In this document: positions 26,986 through 32,000 of the stretch, piece by piece
Layout: each line of letters opens with the position of its first letter
Numbering within the stretch: the stretch's first letter is position 1
NCBI RefSeq assembly: GCF_036323395.1
Contig: NZ_AP028907.1
Location: 1,140,001 to 1,172,000, forward strand
Source: Pyrodictium abyssi
Lineage (GTDB): Archaea > Thermoproteota > Thermoprotei_A > Sulfolobales > Pyrodictiaceae
DNA: 32,000 bases
Direction of reading: 5' to 3'
Translations under genes and position numbers: made by a program
The notes under the pieces: generated by a model
The model's input: only the letters and a program-made list of their open reading frames with translations
Database searches by the model: none
What the model was told of the DNA's origin: nothing

Positions 26986-27305
26986 CCCCTCCTCCGCCTC
27001 GCCTTATAGGTTCCATTGGTCCTGGGCGCGAGGTAGACGAACCAGACCCTACAGATGTCTTCTCTTAGCACGTAGAAGCCCCTCGCGGTCTGCCTGCCGA
27101 AGTAGTAGCGCCTAGCAGGGTACCACCTGCGCAGCTTCTTAACATAGACCTCCACGACTACGGGGCTCCTCCGCAGCTTCTCGAGGAGCTTTCCTCGAAG
27201 CCTCTCATCCCTTAGCTGCCTCTCCAGATCCTTTAGCTCCCTCTTGGCGTCCTCCCAGATGCCTAGGGCCTGGGCTGCTCTGCGGAGCTCTGCCGTCCAG
27301 TTCAC
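26982..27305 (-). CDS. hypothetical basic protein
   Basis: 107 aa ORF with plausible helical segment (AKRELKDLERQLRDERLRGKLLEKLRRSPVVVEVYVKKL). Confidence 0.45.
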   Translation of the reverse strand: MNWTAELRRAAQALGIWEDAKRELKDLERQLRDERLRGKLLEKLRRSPVVVEVYVKKLRRWYPARRYYFGRQTARGFYVLREDICRVWFVYLAPRTNGTYKARRRRG

Positions 27306-27319
27306 CCTCCAGCCAGCCT

Positions 27320-27794
27320 CGCAGGGGTCCCCGCCCTACGCTTCCTCCTTCCCTTCCGCTTCCCTGTCATCCCTTTCGACCCCCGCAGTGTCGGCCGGCT
27401 CCTCTACCTCGGGGTCGTCTACGACGAGACGCCTGCTCCTCGCCGGCTCGCTGGGAGCATTGCGTAGGCGTCTGGCGGCGGCCCCACCACGACATCGGCG
27501 CGGAGCCACTCGTTCACCAGCGCGTCGGCGGCCCTCGGCCTCTGCTATGGCACGAGCTGGCGCCCCGGCGGGGGCTGCGTAGGGGCCTCGCTGTGGCGGG
27601 TGTTGCTGCTGTGCTGCTCCTGGCCCTCTACCCGCTCTACGCGAGGCCCCTACGCTGGCCCCGCTGAGCCGGGGGTGCTGGGGCTGATACGCTACCTGGC
27701 GTACGCGCCCCTGGTCTTCCTGCTCACGCTTGTCGGCGGCGTGGTCATCCTCCTGGAGCTGCCGTCCTGGCTCCCACCGCTGCGCCCCGGCTAG
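27320..27794 (+). pseudogene. putative membrane protein split over three reading frames
   Basis: Consecutive protein-like segments in different + frames: SLAGVPALRFLLPFRFPVIPFDPRSVGRLLYLGVVYDETPAPRRLAGSIA*, then RPHHDIGAEPLVHQRVGG...LAVAGVAAVLLLALYPLYARPLRWPR*, then GVLGLIRYLAYAPLVFLLTLVGGVVILLELPSWLPPLRPG*. Confidence 0.4.
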
Positions 27795-28354
27795 GCGCAC
27801 TGCTGGGGGCTTTGCGGCTCCCGGGCTGTGCACTCGTAGCCTGCAAGTATGTCGGCTAGCTGTATCCCCACCGTCCTCGCGCTCGAGCGGAACACTACCC
27901 GGCGGAGCCTGGCGGGGGAGACGCGGCGGCGTAGACGGCCGAGCACCCTGTCGCGCTCGGGCACCAGGCCCTGATCCAGCACGGCTAGGCTGACCACGCC
28001 TAGGCTGCGGACCGCTCCCTCGAGCAGCCTGGCTGCGAGCTGGAGCCGCGCCTCCGAGACGCTGGAGCCTATGTGGAGGCTCCCCGCCTCTGCGTAGGCC
28101 GCTGCGCCGCGTATGAGGCGCACTAGCTCCCCGGGCTCTAGGCCGCGCTGCCGCGCAGCCCGGCGGGCCTTACGCCACTTTAGCTCGCCCTGGCGCCACC
28201 CGAGCACCTTGAGGAGGGCGCGGTAGACGCCTAGCCCGGCCTTCTCCACGCCGCCGCTGCCCCGGGCGAAGCAGACGACGGCCATGCAGAGCCAGCTACA
28301 CGTCCTCATGCCCCCGGAGGCGGACTCGTCCATGAAGCAGACGTAGCGCTCCAA
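27791..28354 (-). CDS. DUF3800-like protein (putative RNase H-fold)
   Basis: 187 aa; N-terminal YVCFMDESAS and C-terminal RTVGIQLADILAGYE match the DES and QLAD hallmarks of DUF3800. Confidence 0.65.
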   Translation of the reverse strand: MERYVCFMDESASGGMRTCSWLCMAVVCFARGSGGVEKAGLGVYRALLKVLGWRQGELKWRKARRAARQRGLEPGELVRLIRGAAAYAEAGSLHIGSSVSEARLQLAARLLEGAVRSLGVVSLAVLDQGLVPERDRVLGRLRRRVSPARLRRVVFRSSARTVGIQLADILAGYECTAREPQSPQQCA

Positions 28355-28666
28355 CAGCCCCCGGCACCGCCAGCAGGCCCGGGGGCGGCGGAGAGCTTAA
28401 ACACGCCGGAGCCCCTCATATCTACACGGGGCCTGTCCCGGGCCCGAGATGACCCGTGACGCCCCGGATGCCCCCCCGGCGAGGGGGTCGAAGGAGGGGC
28501 CGAGGGAGAGCACCCACATCCTAGTACACCCGTCACTGTTCTGCCCGCTAACGCTGCTAGTGGGCCTCCGGCACCCTCCCAGCCCATTACGCTGCGGCTC
28601 CGCCTCCGGGCCAGGCCATATAGCCCCCGCGGGCCCGTCCCCCGGCTGTGGAGAGGCCTGCCTGGG

Positions 28667-29203
28667 ATGATGATCGGTAACCGTGTACGCGGCGCCGCTT
28701 GGGCGGCAATGCTGGCTGCTCTCCCGGCTGCTGGCAGGCTCCTCGGCGGGGCTCTGGGCCAGGGCTGTGGCCACCCGCTCGCCTGCCGCGTTGCGGGCCT
28801 GGTTCTCCTGGCTGTGGTTGTCCGCGCTGCTGCTGTGACGGGCCGCTACCTAGCTGTCTACGGCAAGACGGGGCCGGGCAGGGGCTTCGGCGAGCTGGAC
28901 CGGCTCGTCACGGAGGGCCCGTACTCGTGTATGAGGCACCCTATGCACTTCTTCCTCGCCTGGCTCCCCCTGGCGGTGGCGCTCCTCCTGGCGAGCCCCG
29001 GGGCGGTGCTCGTAGCCCTCCTCGAGGCCGCCCTAGTGCTCGCGCTAGCGGTCACCCTGGACGAGAGGGAGAGCATCGCGAGGTTCGGGGACGAGTACCT
29101 CGCGTACCGGCGCCGGGTCCCAGCCTTCAACCCCAGCCCACACTGCCTAGCCAAGGCCCTCGGCCCCAGACCACCCAAGCACAGCAGGGAGCCCAGACGG
29201 TGA
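28667..29203 (+). CDS. isoprenylcysteine carboxylmethyltransferase-like membrane methyltransferase
   Basis: 178 aa; [32 protein letters not shown]...[26 protein letters not shown], a typical ICMT/PEMT-like C-terminus. Confidence 0.7.
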   Translation: MMIGNRVRGAAWAAMLAALPAAGRLLGGALGQGCGHPLACRVAGLVLLAVVVRAAAVTGRYLAVYGKTGPGRGFGELDRLVTEGPYSCMRHPMHFFLAWLPLAVALLLASPGAVLVALLEAALVLALAVTLDERESIARFGDEYLAYRRRVPAFNPSPHCLAKALGPRPPKHSREPRR

Positions 29204-29300
29204 CCCCCCGGGGGGCCGGGGAGGCGGGTTTAAGAAGGGGGCTGCCTGTGGGCCTCTGGGCTGGTGGTGCGTTATTGCATGGGCTGATGCTGGCCTCGTA

Positions 29301-30089
29301 GCTAGGCGTGGTCTCGAGCCCGCCCGCCGCATCATCCCCTGCCTCGACGTGGCGGGGGGACGGGTGGTCAAGGGGACCCGGTTCCGGGACCTCCGTGACG
29401 CTGGTGACCCGGTGGAGCTGGCTGCCAGGTACGAGGAGGAGGGTGCGGACGAGCTCGTCTTCCTCGATATAAGCGCGACGCCGGAGCAGAGGGAGCCCCT
29501 CTACCGTGTCGTGAGGGACACAGCCTCTGTGGTCTCGATACCGTTCACCGTGGGGGGCGGGGTCCGGAGCCTACGCGACTTCGGCAGGATGCTGGACAGC
29601 GGCGCCGACAAGGTCTCGGTGAACACCGCGGCTGTCCGGGACCCCATGCTGGTGGCTGAGGCCGCCAGGGAGTACGGGAGCCAGGCGGTCGTGGTGGCTA
29701 TCGACGCTAAGTGGGTCGGCAGGAGCAGCTCCATCCCCAGCGGCTGGGAGGTCTACGTCAGCGGGGGCCGGGTCCCCACCGGGCTGGACGCGGTCGAGTG
29801 GGCCCGGAGAGTGGCCCGGCTCGGTGCGGGCGAGATACTCCTCACAAGCATAGACCGGGACGGGACCAGGGAGGGCTACGACCTCGAGCTCACCAGGGCG
29901 GTGGTCGAGGCGGTGGACATACCGGTTATCGCGAGCGGCGGCGCGGGCGAGCCCAGGCACTTCCTCGAGGCCTTCACCGTGGCGGGTGCCGACGCGGCGC
30001 TCGCCGCGGGCATCTTCCACTACCGCGTCTACAGCGTCAGGGAGGTCAAGGAGTACCTGGCCGAGAGGGGCGTGGAGGTGAGGCTCTAG
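29301..30089 (+). CDS. hisF: imidazole glycerol phosphate synthase subunit HisF
   Basis: ORF 29349..30089 plus in-frame upstream [25 protein letters not shown]; [15 protein letters not shown] phosphate-binding motifs. 29301 is an approximate start: no standard start codon is in frame upstream of RRIIPCLDV. Confidence 0.9.
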   Translation, partial: ARRGLEPARRIIPCLDVAGGRVVKGTRFRDLRDAGDPVELAARYEEEGADELVFLDISATPEQREPLYRVVRDTASVVSIPFTVGGGVRSLRDFGRMLDSGADKVSVNTAAVRDPMLVAEAAREYGSQAVVVAIDAKWVGRSSSIPSGWEVYVSGGRVPTGLDAVEWARRVARLGAGEILLTSIDRDGTREGYDLELTRAVVEAVDIPVIASGGAGEPRHFLEAFTVAGADAALAAGIFHYRVYSVREVKEYLAERGVEVRL

Positions 30090-30091
30090 CC

Positions 30092-31363
30092 GTGCCCCGT
30101 CTAGTCTACGCCGAGTGGCCCCGGGGCCCCGGCTCCGAGGAGCTGCGGGCTCTCCTCGGGAGGAGCTACAGCCTCGACGAGTACGTGGAAAGAGTCCGCC
30201 CGATCGTGGAGGACGTGAGGCGCCGGGGCTACGAGGCGGCAAGGGAGTACAGCGAGCGGTTCGACGGCGTGGGGCTCGAGGACCCCAGGGTCCCCCGGGA
30301 GGTGATGAGGGAGGCCCTAGAGAGCCTCCCAGCGGAGGTAGCGGGGGCGCTTGAGAGGGCTGTGGAGGCTGTCCGGCTCTACCACGTCTCCACCCGGCCC
30401 GCGGAGACCGGGGTCCCGGGGGCCCGGCTGCGCTGGCTCCCCGTGGAGCGGGTCGCCGCCTACGCGCCGGGCGGCATGCACCCCTACCCCTCCACCGTGG
30501 TACACACAGTGGTGCCGGCGAGGGCTGCTGGCTGCGGCCGCGTCGTGGTGGCGTCGCCGCCGTGCCGGGGCGGGGGCTGCCGTGGGTTCCCCGTGCACCC
30601 CGCTGTGCTCGCCGCAGCCTACCTCGCGGGCGCCGACATGGTCTATGCCCTGGGCGGCGCACAGGCGGTGGCGGCACTGGCCTACGGCGCCGAGCCCGTG
30701 GAGCGGGTCGACATGGTGGTGGGGCCGGGGAGCCCCTACGTGCAGGCCGCTAAGCTGCTCGTGTCCGGCGTCGTCGGCGTGGACATGGTGGCCGGGCCCA
30801 CGGAGCTAGCGGTGGTGGCGGACTGTAGCGCTGACCCCAGGCAGGTAGCGCTCGACATGCTGGCGGAGGCCGAGCACGGCCCCCTCAGCCTAGCGGTCCT
30901 GGCGACGCCCTGCCGCGGCCTAGCCGACGAGGTCTACGAGGCCCTCCGGCGCGAGGCCCGGGAGGGCATAGGCGACCTAGCGGTGGCCGTTACCCCGGGC
31001 GTCGAGGAGGCCCTGGGGCTAGCAGCCGCGATGGCGCCGGAGCACCTTGTAGCCTACCTCGAGGACCCCGGCCCGGTGCTCGAGCGCCGCGTCGGCGCCG
31101 GGGTGGTGAGCCTAGGGGTGCCGCCAGCGCTGCTCGACTACGCCTACGGGCCGAGCCACGTGCTGCCCACCGGCGGCGCCGCGAGGTGGAGGGGCGGGCT
31201 CAGCGTCTACACCTTCCTCCGGCCCGTAGCGCACGTGGAGCCCGGGCTCGAGGAGCGCTACCTAGAGGCCGCGGTGATCCTCGCCAGGCTCGAGGGCTTC
31301 GAGAACCATGCCCGTAGCCTGGAGCACAGGCTAGAGGAGCTAAGGAGGGCGAAGAGCCGGTGA
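30092..31363 (+). CDS. hisD: histidinol dehydrogenase
   Basis: From GTG 30092 (VPRLVYAEWP...). ERVAAYAPGGMHPYPSTVVHTVVPA, GGAQAVAALAYG, VDMVVGPGSPYVQAAK, AEAEHGPLS, GPSHVLPTGGAARWRGGLSVYTF. ORF-track residues before this are read through the hisF gene in another frame. Confidence 0.93.
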   Translation: MPRLVYAEWPRGPGSEELRALLGRSYSLDEYVERVRPIVEDVRRRGYEAAREYSERFDGVGLEDPRVPREVMREALESLPAEVAGALERAVEAVRLYHVSTRPAETGVPGARLRWLPVERVAAYAPGGMHPYPSTVVHTVVPARAAGCGRVVVASPPCRGGGCRGFPVHPAVLAAAYLAGADMVYALGGAQAVAALAYGAEPVERVDMVVGPGSPYVQAAKLLVSGVVGVDMVAGPTELAVVADCSADPRQVALDMLAEAEHGPLSLAVLATPCRGLADEVYEALRREAREGIGDLAVAVTPGVEEALGLAAAMAPEHLVAYLEDPGPVLERRVGAGVVSLGVPPALLDYAYGPSHVLPTGGAARWRGGLSVYTFLRPVAHVEPGLEERYLEAAVILARLEGFENHARSLEHRLEELRRAKSR

Positions 31364-31662
31364 GCAGCGGCTGCCTCGGGTTCCTCGAGGAGCTCGACAG
31401 GGTGATAGAGCAGCGGGCCCGGGAGCTGCCCGAGGGCAGCTACACCGCTAAGCTGCTCCGGGACCCGGCGCTGGCGGCCAGGAAGCTCGGCGAGGAGGCC
31501 GCGGAGGCCATGGTGGAGGCGCTGGCGGGGACCCGGGAGAGGCTGGTAGAGGAGGCCGCCGACCTCCTATACCACCTCATGGTGGTGCTCCGGCTCCGCG
31601 GCGCAAGCCTATGCGACGTAGCCAGGGCGCTGGAGGCGAGGGCGGGTTGGCGCCGAGGGTAG
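31360..31662 (+). CDS. hisE: phosphoribosyl-ATP pyrophosphatase
   Basis: 100 aa; SYTAKLL...ARKLGEEAAEAMVEA...RLVEEAADLLYHLMVVL. Start overlaps the hisD stop (GTGA). Confidence 0.9.
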   Translation: MSSGCLGFLEELDRVIEQRARELPEGSYTAKLLRDPALAARKLGEEAAEAMVEALAGTRERLVEEAADLLYHLMVVLRLRGASLCDVARALEARAGWRRG

Positions 31663-32000
31663 CAGTGATACGCTACGGCGTCGGCAACATCTACAGCATC
31701 GTCTCGGGGCTGCGCCGCGCCGGCGCAGAGCCGGTGGTCGTGGACTGCCTCCGAGACCCCGGCGGGTGGGACGGCGTAGTCCTGCCCGGCGTCGGCGCCT
31801 ACGCGGCGGCCTCGATGAGGCTCCACCAGTGCGCCCAGGAGATACGCGAGGCGCTCCGGATGGGCGCCAGCCTCCTAGGCGTCTGCCTCGGCCTACAGCT
31901 GGTCTTCACGGATAGCCGCGAGGCGGGGGAGCACAGCTACGGGCTCAGCCTGCTACCCGGCACCGTGGAGAAGCTAGCAGCAGCCAAGCTGCCCCACATC
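31647..32000 (+). CDS. hisH: imidazole glycerol phosphate synthase glutamine amidotransferase subunit HisH, truncated at window end
   Basis: My translation from TTG 31647: LAPRVAVIRYGVGNIYSIVSGLRRAGAEPVVVDCLRDPGGWDGVVLPGVGAYAAASMRLHQCAQEIREALRMGASLLGVCLGLQLVFTDSREAGEQSYGLSLLPG; nucleophile Cys in GVCLGLQ. Not in the ORF track because it runs off the window. Confidence 0.88.
   Translation, partial: MAPRVAVIRYGVGNIYSIVSGLRRAGAEPVVVDCLRDPGGWDGVVLPGVGAYAAASMRLHQCAQEIREALRMGASLLGVCLGLQLVFTDSREAGEHSYGLSLLPGTVEKLAAAKLPHI

Noticed and set aside
29711-30091. First ~127 aa of the 550 aa hisD ORF
   Set aside because: Out-of-frame read of hisF; hisD homology starts at GTG 30092.
29571-30677. 368 aa minus-strand ORF across hisF/hisD
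   Set aside because: Pro/Arg-rich antisense shadow of genuine his genes.
1-32000. tRNA, rRNA, transposase or integrase genes
   Set aside because: Looked for by eye (T-loop-like GGTTCGAATCC, transposase motifs) and found none that I could support; tRNAscan-SE and ISfinder searches would be decisive.

Overview
High-GC, crenarchaeal-looking window (family judgement from protein motifs and the repeat; no database was searched). Left flank: a TGT/DpdA-like transglycosylase gene, an uncharacterised protein overlapping an AAA+/STAND-like ATPase gene, a fourth uncharacterised protein, a PD-(D/E)XK-type protein, and pyroglutamyl peptidase. The centre (6964-25942) is a large type III-B CRISPR-Cas locus. 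It has three arrays of the same 25-nt repeat (GAATCATAACAAATAGAACTGAAAG; 22, 15 and 10 units) with homologous ~290-nt leaders, and a cas6 gene between two divergent leaders. A complete Cmr module (cmr4-cmr5-cmr1-cmr6-cas10/cmr2-cmr3) is followed by a CARF-HEPN Csx1-like gene and a second CARF-HEPN gene. The last one appears fused in the ORF track to a ring-nuclease-like CARF gene; I read this as two genes plus a frameshift. Right flank: small hypothetical proteins, a broken membrane-protein ORF, a DUF3800-like protein, an ICMT-like methyltransferase and a his operon (hisF-hisD-hisE-hisH, with hisH cut by the window edge). Most notable: the shared leader architecture with a dyad-rich core, the inverted array-leader-cas6-leader-array layout, two CARF-HEPN effectors with a possible ring nuclease, the composition break between the AT-richer Cmr core and its GC-rich surroundings, and the DpdA-like/ATPase cluster.
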